From an uncultured virus (IMG/VR IMGVR_UViG_3300020207_000005) (Duplodnaviria > Heunggongvirae > Uroviricota > Caudoviricetes): 64,000 bases of DNA. Under the pieces are notes generated by a model. The model searched no databases, was not told the origin of the DNA, and was given only the letters and a program-made list of their open reading frames with translations. A program made the translations under genes and the position numbers. The stretch lies in the IMG/VR virus record IMGVR_UViG_3300020207_000005; one strand, 5' to 3'. This document shows, one piece after another, positions 38,238 through 50,904 of the stretch (the stretch's first letter is position 1; every line of letters starts with the position of its first letter).

Positions 38238-41048
38238 TTAAATTTCTATAAGTGTTACCTGCAGTTTGTATGTTTTATAACTACTGTTTGAAGGAGTAAT
38301 CTTAAACTCTACGTCACCACTATTATATGTAACATCAAATGTTGCTAGAACAGAACCAGTAGTTACCTCACCAAACTCAGTTGCATAAGCAGTTGAGCCA
38401 TCATGTGTTATGAGTAACTTACTAATATGTTTAGCGGTTCCCAATGTTGCTACAACAATTATTTCAGCACCACCATATTGTGTTGCGTCAAAACTGTAAG
38501 CAGTAAATTGAGATGTTCCTATCGATAATTTTTCTTCTGAATCAAATGTAGCAGCTTCTAAAGAAATCGTATTGGAAACTGTAAGTGCACCGGTCATTGT
38601 ATCACCAGTTACATTTACATATCTAGCATCTGCTTGTGCTTGAGTTAGGAAGCTTAATGTTTTAGTTGTATGTGATAAGACGTGACCGAAAGTATCGAAA
38701 TTTAAACTTTCAATAACGTCATTACCAGTCACTGAAACATTTGCTACACTACTTGTATCTGCGTGACTAATTGTCACGTTTGCCGATAATGGTCCACCAT
38801 CAGTAAGACCAGCACCAGCTATAATCTGTGTTGTTTTATCTGTTTTAAGGTCAAGTAAATTATTAGTTTCTGTTTCTGTATAATATCTGTTATCTAATTG
38901 ACCTGCATCTAATTCTGTTTCTGTATAATATCTATTGTCAAGCTGACCTGCATCTAATTCTGTTTCAGTATAGTACCTATTATCAAAATCAACTTGTGTT
39001 AAACCTGTTACATGTCCGTATGTGTCGAGTATAACATCTTGTATGACATCTCCACCAGAACCTAAAATACTTGGTTGAGAAGATGTGTCTGCGTGTTCGA
39101 TGTCGATTGTAGTATTTGAGAAATCATTAAGATTAAAACCACCACTACCAATTAACCCGTTGTTTGCGGTAATAGTAATTAAACCATTACCAACACCAGA
39201 AGATGCGGTATTAGCTGCTTGAGCTAAAATATCCGAGGCATGCAGACCATCAAGTAGGTCTGCATCAAGTCCCGACCCTGCACCATCCACTGACTTGATT
39301 TCGGTAAGAATCTCTGCAGCAGTTTGGTCTGCTGTCGCGTTAGATTCTATACCATCTAATTTTAAACCATCAGCTGCAATATCTCTTCCATCAACTGTAC
39401 CACTAACACTAATGTTATTTGCACTTATATCGTTGAAAGAATCTATGACTGTGTTGAATACACTACCATCACCTGTTTCAATAGCGAATGTATTATTTGC
39501 GCTATACCAGTTTGTAGCATCAACACCAGCAACAGCTGTATTACTCGCAGATGTTATACGTCCATCTTCATCAATTGTTAAAACTGGAATTTGTGAAGCG
39601 GTCCCGTACGTACCAGGCGTGACGCCCGTGTTCGCGAGTTCGGTTTGAACAGTCATAGTTCCAGTATTTGATGTAACTGAACCTGTGACTTTTCCTTGTA
39701 AGTTTATTGTAAGGTCTTCTTCGATTCTATCGAGTTTATCGATATGAGCGAGATATATTGTACCATCACCTGTTTCTAAAGTGATAGTATTATTCGCATC
39801 TACAAAGAAGAAATCTTCTACACCTGATACAGCAGCAGTATTTGCAGTTGTTAATCGTCCATCTTCATCGACGGTAAAAACTGGAATTGCTGTAGAGGAA
39901 CCATAAACACCTGGTGTAACACCTGTATTCGCTAACTCAGTAGCAAGGGTCATTACACCTGTATTTGATGATGCTGTACCAGTAACCTTTCCAGTTAATG
40001 TAAGGTCTAATCCATCTTCTAATAAATCAAGTTTAGCACCATCTAATGCAATATCTCTTCCATCAACTAAACCAGTGACAACGATATCACCATTGACTGT
40101 GAATGGTCCTGTAAATTCATCAATAACAGTATTGAATGTTGAACCATCACCTGTTTCAATTGCATAGGTATTATTTGCTGAATACCAATTTGTTGCGTTT
40201 ACACCAGCAACTGCGGTATTTGATAATGCTGTAATTCTTCCATCGACATCAACTGTAACGACTGGAATTTGAGAAGCATTACCATAAGTTCCTGGAGTTA
40301 CTCCAGTATCAGTAAGTTCTAAGTTTATATTAATTGTACCATCAGTAACATCTGTAAGTGTTGTATTTCCACTTCCTTCGACATCACCAGTAACAACAAC
40401 ATCAATTTTTGGGTCGGGTTTATTTGTTGTATTGGTCCAATCTAAATAGTATGTTCCTTCTTGTCCATCAAGTAAATCGGCATCTAGTCCATTACCACTT
40501 CCAACATCTCCTGTTGTAAGAATACGGCCTACGGTACCACCAGATGCAATCTCCCAATAGTTATTGGTCTCATTCCATTGTAATACTACATTAGTTTCGC
40601 CACCTCTCTCAACTTCTATACCGGCGTCTTGAGTTGCAGTATTACCTGTAAAGTTTGCGTTAAGAGTAATAATGTTATCTGATAACTGAATTGTTTCGGT
40701 ATTAACATACGTTGTATTACCTGAAACTGTAAGGTCACCAGTAATTGTGAGGTTAGCGTCAAATGTATCATCTACATCTGAACGTAAATATTGTGTGGAA
40801 TCTAATCCATCTAATAAGTCGGCATCAAGACCTGAGCCTGCACCATCGACAGTTTTAATTAAAGTAAGAAGGTCATTAGGGTCTGCACTAAACTCTATGA
40901 TGCTTTCAGTATTTGAAACTGAATCATATTGTTTAATAAAGATTTTACCGTCTTGTGTGTTAATCGCAAGTTCGCCCAACTCCAACTGAGCTGTAGTAGG
41001 AACGCGACCGGCAACGGCACTTCTTCTAAGTTTAATTAATGTCGACAT
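38238..41048 (-). CDS. Tail fibre/structural protein with Mtd_N-like N-terminus
   Basis: IKLRRSAVAGRVPT...GELAINTQDGKIF, GLDADLLDG motifs and three GVTPG.YG...IPV.T.D.DGR repeats. Confidence 0.8.
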   Translation of the reverse strand: MSTLIKLRRSAVAGRVPTTAQLELGELAINTQDGKIFIKQYDSVSNTESIIEFSADPNDLLTLIKTVDGAGSGLDADLLDGLDSTQYLRSDVDDTFDANLTITGDLTVSGNTTYVNTETIQLSDNIITLNANFTGNTATQDAGIEVERGGETNVVLQWNETNNYWEIASGGTVGRILTTGDVGSGNGLDADLLDGQEGTYYLDWTNTTNKPDPKIDVVVTGDVEGSGNTTLTDVTDGTININLELTDTGVTPGTYGNASQIPVVTVDVDGRITALSNTAVAGVNATNWYSANNTYAIETGDGSTFNTVIDEFTGPFTVNGDIVVTGLVDGRDIALDGAKLDLLEDGLDLTLTGKVTGTASSNTGVMTLATELANTGVTPGVYGSSTAIPVFTVDEDGRLTTANTAAVSGVEDFFFVDANNTITLETGDGTIYLAHIDKLDRIEEDLTINLQGKVTGSVTSNTGTMTVQTELANTGVTPGTYGTASQIPVLTIDEDGRITSASNTAVAGVDATNWYSANNTFAIETGDGSVFNTVIDSFNDISANNISVSGTVDGRDIAADGLKLDGIESNATADQTAAEILTEIKSVDGAGSGLDADLLDGLHASDILAQAANTASSGVGNGLITITANNGLIGSGGFNLNDFSNTTIDIEHADTSSQPSILGSGGDVIQDVILDTYGHVTGLTQVDFDNRYYTETELDAGQLDNRYYTETELDAGQLDNRYYTETETNNLLDLKTDKTTQIIAGAGLTDGGPLSANVTISHADTSSVANVSVTGNDVIESLNFDTFGHVLSHTTKTLSFLTQAQADARYVNVTGDTMTGALTVSNTISLEAATFDSEEKLSIGTSQFTAYSFDATQYGGAEIIVVATLGTAKHISKLLITHDGSTAYATEFGEVTTGSVLATFDVTYNSGDVEFKITPSNSSYKTYKLQVTLIEI
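38865..38985 (-). repeat. 45-bp coding tandem repeat (DNRYYTETELDAGQL, ~2.6 copies)
   Basis: Directly visible in DNA and protein; synonymous differences between copies. Confidence 0.85.
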
Positions 41049-41082
41049 ATATATGTCCTTTTTTCACTCCTATATAGGAAGG

Positions 41083-44000
41083 TTAAAAAGTTCCTCCGTC
41101 AAGTGTTGTGACTGTTACATCACCACTTGTAACTGTAAAGTTATTTATGTTAAATGAAGCAACACCAATGTTCGTGTTGTTCGCTAATTCACCAGCAATC
41201 AATATCTGATTGTTGCTAGCTGTTATATCAATTCCTTCACCTTCGGCAAAGTTTAAGGTTTCTCCAAGTTGAATTACATCTGTATTCCCCACTGGAGCTG
41301 ATATTTGAATACCACCTAATTGTAAATCTGTAATTTCGTCATCAACGTATTTCTTAGTCGCTGCATCTTGAGCGTTAATTGGGTCGAGAACGTTTGTAAT
41401 ATGAGAAGAACTAACATCAACTTCGTATGCTAGTGATTCAAGTGTAATAGCACTCGGTGAATATATTTTATCCGAGAACAGTTTCATATCATTACCGATT
41501 TCGACAAAGTTGTCTACATCGATTTCTAATATTCTACTTCCACTACCGTTTAAATCTATGAGATAGTTTGTATTGTTTCTATCTATAAATCTATTTGCTT
41601 GAACATCACCTGAAACTTCAAATAGACTTGTTTGTTTATTCCATACCGCACCAAATCCTTGAGCGTTATTTAAGAATCCGATAACACTACCGGCTGAATA
41701 CATGTAGTTATCTACAATTCTTACTAGTGAACTTGATTGTTGATAACCAATATGAATGTTCTTAATTTGTGAATCACCAGCAGGGTCAATGAAGAAATTA
41801 GTATTCGCTGAGTCTAAGAATCTTGGTGCTGCTATATCTCCAGTTGCGGTATCACCAGCAACTTCTAAATATCTCGTATCAAGTGTTGGGTATGCAGTAG
41901 AGAAGTCAATAGTTGTTGCGATATCAACGTTTGAGTTATGAACAACAGTATTTGAACCAAGAACACTACCAGTTAAATTAATTACGAAGTCATTTGTTCT
42001 GAAATTAATCTTATCGTTTGCATCATCACCTTCTACATTAATACCTAACTCAACATTACTCCTCATCATTTCACCGACAAGGTCGTGTACAGTTTCTGTA
42101 AAGTCAGGAATCGCGTTCGCTTGTAATTCTACTGGAATGTCTGTTGCGAATGAAATACGTCCTTGTTCATCAATACGAATACGAGGAGTAAATCCATCGT
42201 TACCATATAGACCTGCAGTAACACCGGTGTCTTCCATTCCAATTTCAAATTCATTATTTGCTAGAGCTGTATTTGCACCTAATTCTAAACCTGTACCAAT
42301 GTAAACTCTAGGTGAATCGAGTAAGTCAATTACTCCTGTATTAGCACCATCTGTAATGTCTAAGTTTGAACTGAAATTATCATTAATAAATCTTAAATTA
42401 ACTGCATCAGAAGGGTTGACAGGGTCCGCTAAACCTGTTATAATAGTATTACTGACATCAATATTACCAGATACAGTAAATGTTAAATCTGTATTTGCTG
42501 GGGTAGTAATATCACCATTTGCAGTAATCTTAAATCTTTCATTCCCAGCGGTGAAGAATTGTAATTCATCATTATCAGCATTAGGACTTGATTCAGCAAT
42601 AATTTTTGTATCTTGGTCAACGTCGATTACTGAACCTGCGAGACCTGCCCAATTACTTCCATCATATCCTTCAAAGCGTGCATCATCAGTATTATAACGT
42701 AACATACCAGTTGCAGCTGAAGGTCTATCACTTGTATTACCAACCGGAAGTGTGATTGCTCCTGTTTCTGCAAATGTAATTACACCTGAGTCACTCTTGA
42801 CTTGTGATACGAAGATTCGATTCCAGTTTTTATTTAATGAACCAATTGTATATGTTAAGTGGTCATTTGGAACTAAGTCAGATGTGAAGTCTGCAACAAC
42901 ATTAATTGTATCTACATCAGCATCACCAATTCTTATATTACCACCAAGTGTAAGATTACCAGTGATGTCTGTATCACCAGTAACTGTAAATGTAGAACCA
43001 TCCCAACGTAAATCGTTACTATCAGTTATTTCACCATCTACACCTGCAAACAATACTCTGTTTTGTGTTAGGTCAGTAACATTTAAACTATCAACTTCTA
43101 AAGAACCAGTAAGGTCAGTGTCACCAATGATTGTTGTATCACCAACAACATTTAATGTTCCTTGAATGTCTGTATTTCCAGCAATGTTAGTATCACCAGT
43201 TTGCCAGTCAACTGTAAACTTATTAAGACCATCACCATACTGGAAATCACCATCAGGTGCGAGTTTATATCTTAATGTTCCACCAGTAAAGAATTTAAGT
43301 TCGTCATTATCTGCGCCTGGTGAATCTTCTGCAGTAATTTTTGTATCTTGGTCAACATCAATAACTCCACCAAGACCTTTCCATGCAGTACCATCATATC
43401 CTTCGAATTGTTGGTCACTGATATTAAAACGAATCATACCGCGAACGGCGGTAGGTCTTTGAGCTGTTGTACCATCTGGAATGGTGATTGCTCCAGTAGA
43501 ATCAAAGGTTACTAATCCTCTGAATGTAGCATCACCTGAATTATAATCAATAATTAATTTATTGAGACTTGAACCAAAGTATAAATCACCATCTGCTTCA
43601 AGACGCATGACCTCTGTATTTGCAGTAAAGAATTGCAATTGGTCATTGTCAGCGCCAGGTGAAGATTCAGCAACAATTCTAGTATCTTGGTCAACATCAA
43701 CTACACCACCTAATCCTGTCCATGCTATACCGTTATATGCTTCAAATCTTGAATCAGTCGTATTATAACGAATCATTCCTTGGTCTGGAGTTGGTCTATC
43801 ACTTGTTGCACCAACAGGGATAATAAATCCACCAGAACTATTGACATCTACTACATTTGATGATATAATTAAGTTATCCGACAACCCATTAATAGTATCG
43901 AAGGTTTGAGTATAATCTACCTCAAATTCTGTACCTAAAGGACCGGTAAGAGTTAAACCTCTTCCATCAGTAAAGGTTCCATGTCCTTGGAATTGTTTGT

Positions 44001-45108
44001 ATATAATATCGTCAGTATTTAACGCAAATGTTTCTGCATCATTAACTGTTGCAACCCAACCAGTTTGGCCGTTAAGAGTACCATCAACTACGAATACGAA
44101 AGAACCAGGTATTTCGGCCAGAGTAAGTCCATACTCTGAGGTTTCATCGTTATACCGATTTCTCTGGAAAATCCAATCATCAGCTAAGGCGCCAACTTGT
44201 ATTAACTCGTAACGGCCATTCTGTACTGGGTTTGTTTGGTCTTTGACTAAAAGTCCATCACCAAGTTCCCAATCTGTAACCCCGTCAATATTGATTGTTG
44301 AGGCGGGAGATAAAGAAATTGTGTCTGAATAAGAAGTATTACCAGTTGTATATGTACCACCTAAGTCTGCAGTCGATGCTGCTAGAACTGTTTGACGATT
44401 CAACATCGCAATTTGAACATTATCTACATAACGTTTGTTTGCGACATCTTCTGGGTCTGTAGGGTCTCCAACTGTTCCTAATTCTTGTTCTAAATAATTA
44501 ACTGTAACAGCATCTTGTGGGAATAAAGGATTTTTAAGATTAGATATTCTGTGGTCGGTGACGTTAATAACATCATCAGCTTCGCCAGGAACTAATCGAA
44601 TATCATCTAGACCTAATATTCCGTCTTGTGTTAAAGTAAGTTCACCAACATTAAAATTACTTAAACCTACGATTTCATTTGTAGATTCACCAATTGTAAG
44701 TGATGTATTACCTAGTGTGAAGTCATTTGCTTGAATGACTGTGCCGTTAGCAGTAAAGTTTAAAGAAGTTAAACTTGTATTATAAAAGGATGTAACATGA
44801 CCGAATTGGTCGATGTCAATATTTCTTGAAATTGTTAATACATCATTATTAGTACTTACTTCGTTAGATGTATTTGCGTGAGAAACGACGACATTAGAAA
44901 GTTCTGTGTCTGTTTCAGGAGTAATGATTATGCCTGGGCCAGCATCAATATCCTGTACGTATGCTCCAATTGTATCGATACCAAGAACAACGGAATCTGG
45001 AACGATTACCGGTTTTCTTTCTCCTGGTGCTACGATACTCGTTTGAGTATCTTGTTTAGGTACCGCTCGAATACTTTTCGAGGACTTGACCTTAACCTTT
45101 ATACTCAC
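41083..45108 (-). CDS. Large fibre/baseplate-associated structural protein
   Basis: Three repeats of P.G.T..RP....GM.R(Y/F)N..D..FE.Y.G..W.GL.G...DVDQDT.I.AE.SP.ADND.L.FFT; YadA-neck-like I.N..DP....DA motifs; ends DGGTF. Confidence 0.8.
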   Translation of the reverse strand: MSIKVKVKSSKSIRAVPKQDTQTSIVAPGERKPVIVPDSVVLGIDTIGAYVQDIDAGPGIIITPETDTELSNVVVSHANTSNEVSTNNDVLTISRNIDIDQFGHVTSFYNTSLTSLNFTANGTVIQANDFTLGNTSLTIGESTNEIVGLSNFNVGELTLTQDGILGLDDIRLVPGEADDVINVTDHRISNLKNPLFPQDAVTVNYLEQELGTVGDPTDPEDVANKRYVDNVQIAMLNRQTVLAASTADLGGTYTTGNTSYSDTISLSPASTINIDGVTDWELGDGLLVKDQTNPVQNGRYELIQVGALADDWIFQRNRYNDETSEYGLTLAEIPGSFVFVVDGTLNGQTGWVATVNDAETFALNTDDIIYKQFQGHGTFTDGRGLTLTGPLGTEFEVDYTQTFDTINGLSDNLIISSNVVDVNSSGGFIIPVGATSDRPTPDQGMIRYNTTDSRFEAYNGIAWTGLGGVVDVDQDTRIVAESSPGADNDQLQFFTANTEVMRLEADGDLYFGSSLNKLIIDYNSGDATFRGLVTFDSTGAITIPDGTTAQRPTAVRGMIRFNISDQQFEGYDGTAWKGLGGVIDVDQDTKITAEDSPGADNDELKFFTGGTLRYKLAPDGDFQYGDGLNKFTVDWQTGDTNIAGNTDIQGTLNVVGDTTIIGDTDLTGSLEVDSLNVTDLTQNRVLFAGVDGEITDSNDLRWDGSTFTVTGDTDITGNLTLGGNIRIGDADVDTINVVADFTSDLVPNDHLTYTIGSLNKNWNRIFVSQVKSDSGVITFAETGAITLPVGNTSDRPSAATGMLRYNTDDARFEGYDGSNWAGLAGSVIDVDQDTKIIAESSPNADNDELQFFTAGNERFKITANGDITTPANTDLTFTVSGNIDVSNTIITGLADPVNPSDAVNLRFINDNFSSNLDITDGANTGVIDLLDSPRVYIGTGLELGANTALANNEFEIGMEDTGVTAGLYGNDGFTPRIRIDEQGRISFATDIPVELQANAIPDFTETVHDLVGEMMRSNVELGINVEGDDANDKINFRTNDFVINLTGSVLGSNTVVHNSNVDIATTIDFSTAYPTLDTRYLEVAGDTATGDIAAPRFLDSANTNFFIDPAGDSQIKNIHIGYQQSSSLVRIVDNYMYSAGSVIGFLNNAQGFGAVWNKQTSLFEVSGDVQANRFIDRNNTNYLIDLNGSGSRILEIDVDNFVEIGNDMKLFSDKIYSPSAITLESLAYEVDVSSSHITNVLDPINAQDAATKKYVDDEITDLQLGGIQISAPVGNTDVIQLGETLNFAEGEGIDITASNNQILIAGELANNTNIGVASFNINNFTVTSGDVTVTTLDGGTF

Positions 45109-45440
45109 GAAACCTCCGTAATAGTATCAACTACAATCGCTAAGCCTTCAACTATTTTCGACAATTCTCCTGTGGTTTTTTCCATGATTAAATCATATTG
45201 GTATTTGCCAGGCTTAAGAGCGGAAGTATCCGTATCCGTCAATATCAGAGTGACGTCATTATTTGCAGTTTTCTCGATTGTAAAGGTCGCAACGGGGCTT
45301 GCGTCTGAGTATAGCTTTTTCATTCCACCATAGAAATTATAAGTACTGTGGAAAAGCTCGGCATTATCTTCGTCGAACAACTCAACAGTTGTTCTGAAGT
45401 CCATACCTTTATCGATATATATGTTAGCTCTTGATGCCAT
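45105..45440 (-). CDS. Small virion/baseplate-associated protein
   Basis: ANIYIDKGMDF...T.ALKPGKYQYDL...KIVEG pattern, typical of marine T4-like structural regions; late promoter at 45472. Confidence 0.7.
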   Translation of the reverse strand: MASRANIYIDKGMDFRTTVELFDEDNAELFHSTYNFYGGMKKLYSDASPVATFTIEKTANNDVTLILTDTDTSALKPGKYQYDLIMEKTTGELSKIVEGLAIVVDTITEVS

Positions 45441-45485
45441 GGCGATGAAACCTTTTAAATCTTTTATTAGTTATTTATAAGAATA

Positions 45486-45506
45486 AAGGGCATACGAGAT
45501 GCCCTT
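45486..45506 (-). terminator. Intrinsic terminator after the collagen-like fibre gene
   Basis: AAGGGCAT/ATGCCCTT stem followed by TATTCTT on the minus strand. Confidence 0.6.
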
Positions 45507-45556
45507 CAATCTGTTTTATAATTGTTGAGCAAGTCACCCTTACTTCATAGTATAAA

Positions 45557-48500
45557 TTATTTTGACTTTAATTCGTCAATTTGTCTTTGTTGTTCTTTTA
45601 TTGCTTCAACTAATAATGCTGTTATATTTCCATAAGATACTGACTTAAATCCATCAGCATTATCTCTTACGACTTCTGGAAGTATACTCTCAACCTCTTG
45701 TGCAATGAGACCAATCTCATCTCTTTCATTATCAATCTTATTATATGAAACACCTCTTAATGCTTTGACTTTATCTAAAGCATCTTCTAATGTATTAACA
45801 TTAATCTTTAATCTTTCGTCTGAGTTAGTTGTAACGTTACCACCAGCTGTGAAGTCACCCGTTCCTGTATCAAACGTGAATCTTACAACTGTACCTTCTC
45901 TAATGAACCAATCATGTCCAGAATTAAGGTCGGTATACATTGCTGTGTTATTTGCGTAGAAATCAACATCACTTGATGTACCGAAGATTAAAGGAATATC
46001 ATCATTAAATCTTAAGTAGTTAGCTGACTGTACGTTAGCAGATGTACCATCATAACCTGAACCACCCGATGGCCATGTAGTTCTAGTAACACCACCTAGT
46101 GTTATACCACCATCTACATAGAAGTTTTCTACGAGAACTGTTTCTGAGTTTAAGTTATATGTAAAGTTAGTATCACCTGAACCACCTGCATATAAATCAG
46201 GAGTTGTTGCAGCATATAGTGTTCTTACACCAGAACCAGGCTCAATAAATGTTGGATAGAAAGTACCTGTTTGTAGTGCGTTACTTTGTTCCCTAATTGA
46301 AGGTGCGTTAATACCAGAAGCTGAACCTGCAGGACCTTGTGAACCTTGGAAACCTAATGTTCCTTGAACACCCTGTAGACCTTGGATACCACCTCCACCA
46401 GTTCCACCATCAATACCTTGGAATCCTCTAAATCCTTGAGTACCTTGATATCCATTGAAACCTTGAGCACCTGTGTCACCAGTGAAACCTTGAGAAGAAG
46501 CACCACCGGTAAATCCTTGAATACCTTGGATACCTCTATAACCTTGAGGACCTCTTGTTCCTTGAGGACCTATTGGGCCTAACGGACCTTGAATTCCATT
46601 TCCACTTAAACCATCAGTACCTTGGAAACCACGAGGACCTTGTGGACCACCAGAACCTGAACCACTTACACCTTGATTACCTTGGAATCCTCTATAACCT
46701 TGAGTACCTTGTTCACCCTGAACACCGCCTCCACCTGTTCCACCATCGGCACCCTGTTCACCTTGAGCACCTTGATAACCTCTATATCCTTGTAATCCTG
46801 TTCCAGCATCACCTGTAGTACCTTGAATACCCTGTGGACCAGTAGGACCTTGAACACCGCCACCACCGTCTCCACCAACATTTCCTTGAACACCTTGATA
46901 ACCTCTATAACCTTGGATACCTGGCGCTCCTGTTCCTGGAGGACCTTGTACACCTTGATAACCTTGGAAACCTTGAATACCCTGAACACCTGTACCCGTT
47001 GTTCCATCAATACCTTGAGGACCTTGAATACCTTGTGTACCTGTACCAGAGGCACCTTGGATGCCTGCACCCGTAGGACCCTGAACACCTTGTAGACCTT
47101 GCGCACCCTGGACTCCAAATACACCCTGTGCACCAATACCACTTAAACCTTGAGTTCCTTGAGGACCTTGAGCACCAGGAGCACCTGCTCCACCGACACC
47201 CTGTGTACCTTGAACACCTTGAGTTCCTCCTGAACCGTCAGAACCCTGAACACCTTGAATACCTTGAGCACCTGCTGGACCTTGGAATCCTCCAGCACCT
47301 ACACCCGCGATACCTTGTTGACCTATTAAACCTTGAACACCCTGAATACCTTGAGCACCAGTTCCGCCTGGTCCTTGGAATCCACCAAATCCTTGAGTAC
47401 CAGTAGAACCCTGAATACCTTGGATACCTTGAGACCCAGCTGCACCATCTGCTCCATCAGAACCTTGGAAACCAGATGTTCCTTGTAAACCTTGGATACC
47501 TTGAGCACCCGCACCAGCCGGTCCTTGGAATCCATAATCACCTTGAACACCTTGAGTACCTTGAACACCTTGTGGTCCAAGCGCACCTGTCGCACCAGCA
47601 TCACCTGTTCTTGCGAAGGTAATCATTACATCGTCACCACCTTGGAATGTATATCCTGCGTTGGAAACGTGTGCTACATCAATAGCAAAATAACCTGTTG
47701 TTTCTGTTAAACCTGAAATTGTAAATAAGATAAAGTTTTGTGGAGAACTCTTAAGAGTAATCTTAACGTGACCTTTAACTGGAGATGTTGAATCATCAAT
47801 TGTTCTTAAGAAAGGTTGAATGTCGATGAAGTTATCATCTCTATCATCGATGAATATTAATGTTGCACTTGACTGTGTAGCACTATTCAGTTTAACCCAA
47901 CCGGCTCCACCTGGGTCACCAGCTAACGTTCCTGAATTAAATGTATAATCAAATGTTACACCACCAAATGAACCATCGGCACCTTGAATACCTCCAGAAC
48001 CTTGAACACCCTGAACACCTTGAGCACCCGAACCTGTAGGACCTTGAACACCTTGAGGACCAATTCCACCAACCGCACCTTGGATACCTGCGGGACCTCT
48101 TGGAATAAATGTAATAAGTGTTTCAGGACCGTGTGTTTGATTAACTGCAGTTTCCCAGTTAGTAACATTACCATCAACATAGTTAACATCAAAATAACCG
48201 TAATTCTTAGATACACCGTCCCATGTCCAATCTGTAATTTCATATACTAACCAGTGATGCCCTCCTGGACCTCCACTTGCACCACCTGCTGCTCTTTGAA
48301 TTTTTAGATAACCTTTGACTGCACCTGGTTGAGCATCGATGAAATCTAAGAAGTCATCAATTTCTGTAGTGTATTGGTCATCTGGAATATCGTCTAATGT
48401 AATTAATGTTGCTAATGTTGGGTTAGCATTATTAAATTTGAAATTGTTTGTGCCTGGGTCTGTACCACCAATTGTGTTATTAACAAAGTTCCATTGGAAA

Positions 48501-50860
48501 GTTAAACCGCCATATTCGCCTTGTTCACCTTGTAATCCTTGAAGCCCTTGTAAACCTTGACCACCTTGAACACCCTGAATACCTTGAGCACCGGTTGCAC
48601 CACTGTCACCTTGTAATCCGACATCACCTTGGATACCAAATGTTCCTTGAACACCTTGAATACCTTGTGCACCAGTGTTACCAACATCACCTTGGAAACC
48701 TCTATAACCTTGAAGACCATCAGTACCTTGTACACCCTGAACACCTTGGAGACCTAAATCACCTTGGAAGCCTCTAAATCCTTGAGTACCTTGAACACCT
48801 TGAGTACCTTGGTCACCAGTTCTTGAGAATGATATACGAACATCTAAACCATTAGATAATGAAGATGCTCCACTTAATCTTGTACAATCAACTACCCAAT
48901 AACCAGAACCATTCGTAATTTCGTCAATTCTAAATGTAATGTGGTTTGTAGTATCTGCACCATTTGTAATTTTGAAATAACCTTTAACACCTGAACTTAC
49001 TGCATCTAAGTCAACCATTAATCCATCCATAACGTTGACGCCATTATCGTCTTCGTCATCGATGTACATTTGAGTTGCTGAAGCTAAGTTTGTATCATCA
49101 AACCTAATAATACCAGTGCCTGGGTCAGATGCTGTTGTGTTATTACTGTATGTGTAATCGTATGTGATACCACCAAAGTCACCAGTTGTTCCTTGAACAC
49201 CCTGGATACCAACATCACCCTGAATACCAGTTGTTCCTTGAATACCTTGGAGACCTACGTCACCTTGAACACCTGTATTACCTTGGATACCTATTGTACC
49301 TTGTGGTCCTCTAAATCCTTGTAAACCTTGTGGGCCCTGTAATCCTTGAACGCCTTGAATACCTCTTGGACCAATAGGACCTTGAATACCTTCATCACCA
49401 ACAATACTAAATGCTACTAATAATGGGTTAAGTGTCCAAACTCCGTTTCCACCATTATATTCTGTAAAGTCTTCTCTTAATGCGTTACCACCTTGGAATG
49501 TAACATTAAATTGCCAGTAACCTGTTTGGTCTGTTGCGTTTTGAATTGTGAAGATAACGTAATCATCTGGGTTTCCACGTTTGGTAATTTTCATTACCGC
49601 TTTATCAGTGGATGTTTGACTTGAAATTGTTGTATATAGTGCGTCTAAGTTAACACCGTATATTGCTTCATCGTCAATCCACATCGTGTCAACTGTTGAG
49701 AAATTAGATGTATTAGAGAAACCAGTATCATTAAAGATAATATTACCAGTGCCTGGGTCTGCTTGAGAAGTATTCCAATCTAATCTGTATTCAACTACGT
49801 GACCAGCATCATCACCATTAAATCCTTGTAACCCTTGTAAACCTACATCACCTTGAATACCAGTTGTTCCTTGAACGCCTTGAACTCCTTGGATGCCTTG
49901 AATACCTAAGTCACCTTGGATACCAGTAATACCTTGAACACCTTGAGGTCCTCTGAAACCTTGAACACCTTGGATACCTAAGTCACCTTGAACACCTTGA
50001 TGGCCCTGTACGCCTTGCATACCTTGGAAACCACGGAATCCTCTTTCACCTTGGATACCTTCGTTACCTAAAGGACCTTGTAAACCTTGTGGTCCAATTA
50101 CACCCTGTAAACCTTGAACTCCGCGGAATGAACCGATATTAACCCAGCTCGTTCCATTATAAATCCAAAGTTCATCATCAGCTTCGTCAATAACACCTTC
50201 ACCTGTATTTGGAGTAGGAAATGCTGTATTTAAAGTTGCTTGAGGGTCACCACCTGAATCTACATCTGCGACTGAACCAATGATTGTAAAACCAGGACCA
50301 TAATCACCTTGTAGACCTTGAGCACCTGTTGTACCTTGGATACCTTGCTGACCTTGACCTACTTGAGTGACAGGGTCAGATGCAAATACCATAATAGCAA
50401 ATGCACTTGCAGAGGAAGGAGTTGTTGCATTACCATTGCTGTCATAGAATGAAGCTTCAAATCCATTAACTGTTTTACTTTGAATTGATACTAAACGACC
50501 ATCATCATTGAGTTCACCATCAGTGACAACAGTATAATCAGTATCAGGTTGAGCAGTATCAAAGGCAAAGTCCATCGTACCATTAACTGCATCCCAATTC
50601 GAAGATGAAATTCCGGTACCTGTAATATTACCTGTTCCATCAACTCGGATAAACGCAAAAGGAAGAATAGCATCGACTGTGGTACCACCGCCACCTAATA
50701 ATTCAATCCAACTTGTCCCGTCGGAGTAATAAACTTTATCGTTATCAGCATAGACCACCGCGCCTTCATAGACGGCTGGGTCAAGTGTAATAGGGAATGC
50801 TTGAGGTTCACCAAAACCTATTAGCTGACTTTTTCCTGTTAGTGTTCCAAAATTGGACAT
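45557..50860 (-). CDS. Collagen-like (Gly-X-Gln) fibre with interspersed globular domains and a C-terminal S74 chaperone
   Basis: Long GIQGVQ/GPQ/GFQ triplet runs; four related inserted domains; ends [10 protein letters not shown]...[14 protein letters not shown]. Confidence 0.88.
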   Translation of the reverse strand: MSNFGTLTGKSQLIGFGEPQAFPITLDPAVYEGAVVYADNDKVYYSDGTSWIELLGGGGTTVDAILPFAFIRVDGTGNITGTGISSSNWDAVNGTMDFAFDTAQPDTDYTVVTDGELNDDGRLVSIQSKTVNGFEASFYDSNGNATTPSSASAFAIMVFASDPVTQVGQGQQGIQGTTGAQGLQGDYGPGFTIIGSVADVDSGGDPQATLNTAFPTPNTGEGVIDEADDELWIYNGTSWVNIGSFRGVQGLQGVIGPQGLQGPLGNEGIQGERGFRGFQGMQGVQGHQGVQGDLGIQGVQGFRGPQGVQGITGIQGDLGIQGIQGVQGVQGTTGIQGDVGLQGLQGFNGDDAGHVVEYRLDWNTSQADPGTGNIIFNDTGFSNTSNFSTVDTMWIDDEAIYGVNLDALYTTISSQTSTDKAVMKITKRGNPDDYVIFTIQNATDQTGYWQFNVTFQGGNALREDFTEYNGGNGVWTLNPLLVAFSIVGDEGIQGPIGPRGIQGVQGLQGPQGLQGFRGPQGTIGIQGNTGVQGDVGLQGIQGTTGIQGDVGIQGVQGTTGDFGGITYDYTYSNNTTASDPGTGIIRFDDTNLASATQMYIDDEDDNGVNVMDGLMVDLDAVSSGVKGYFKITNGADTTNHITFRIDEITNGSGYWVVDCTRLSGASSLSNGLDVRISFSRTGDQGTQGVQGTQGFRGFQGDLGLQGVQGVQGTDGLQGYRGFQGDVGNTGAQGIQGVQGTFGIQGDVGLQGDSGATGAQGIQGVQGGQGLQGLQGLQGEQGEYGGLTFQWNFVNNTIGGTDPGTNNFKFNNANPTLATLITLDDIPDDQYTTEIDDFLDFIDAQPGAVKGYLKIQRAAGGASGGPGGHHWLVYEITDWTWDGVSKNYGYFDVNYVDGNVTNWETAVNQTHGPETLITFIPRGPAGIQGAVGGIGPQGVQGPTGSGAQGVQGVQGSGGIQGADGSFGGVTFDYTFNSGTLAGDPGGAGWVKLNSATQSSATLIFIDDRDDNFIDIQPFLRTIDDSTSPVKGHVKITLKSSPQNFILFTISGLTETTGYFAIDVAHVSNAGYTFQGGDDVMITFARTGDAGATGALGPQGVQGTQGVQGDYGFQGPAGAGAQGIQGLQGTSGFQGSDGADGAAGSQGIQGIQGSTGTQGFGGFQGPGGTGAQGIQGVQGLIGQQGIAGVGAGGFQGPAGAQGIQGVQGSDGSGGTQGVQGTQGVGGAGAPGAQGPQGTQGLSGIGAQGVFGVQGAQGLQGVQGPTGAGIQGASGTGTQGIQGPQGIDGTTGTGVQGIQGFQGYQGVQGPPGTGAPGIQGYRGYQGVQGNVGGDGGGGVQGPTGPQGIQGTTGDAGTGLQGYRGYQGAQGEQGADGGTGGGGVQGEQGTQGYRGFQGNQGVSGSGSGGPQGPRGFQGTDGLSGNGIQGPLGPIGPQGTRGPQGYRGIQGIQGFTGGASSQGFTGDTGAQGFNGYQGTQGFRGFQGIDGGTGGGGIQGLQGVQGTLGFQGSQGPAGSASGINAPSIREQSNALQTGTFYPTFIEPGSGVRTLYAATTPDLYAGGSGDTNFTYNLNSETVLVENFYVDGGITLGGVTRTTWPSGGSGYDGTSANVQSANYLRFNDDIPLIFGTSSDVDFYANNTAMYTDLNSGHDWFIREGTVVRFTFDTGTGDFTAGGNVTTNSDERLKINVNTLEDALDKVKALRGVSYNKIDNERDEIGLIAQEVESILPEVVRDNADGFKSVSYGNITALLVEAIKEQQRQIDELKSK

Positions 50861-50904
50861 TTAAGTTATTCTCCGTTAATCATTATTAATATATTTATCA
50901 GTAC

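Noticed and set aside
45705..48777. Many overlapping alternative-frame and antisense ORFs (e.g. 46666..47142, 46823..47095)
   Set aside because: Shadow ORFs produced by the repetitive collagen codons. Similar shadows over other long genes were also ignored.
46300..50360. Dense short DNA repeats (ACCTTGNNN) as a possible CRISPR array or satellite
   Set aside because: They are codons of Gly-X-Gln collagen triplets; there is no constant repeat/unique spacer structure and no cas genes.
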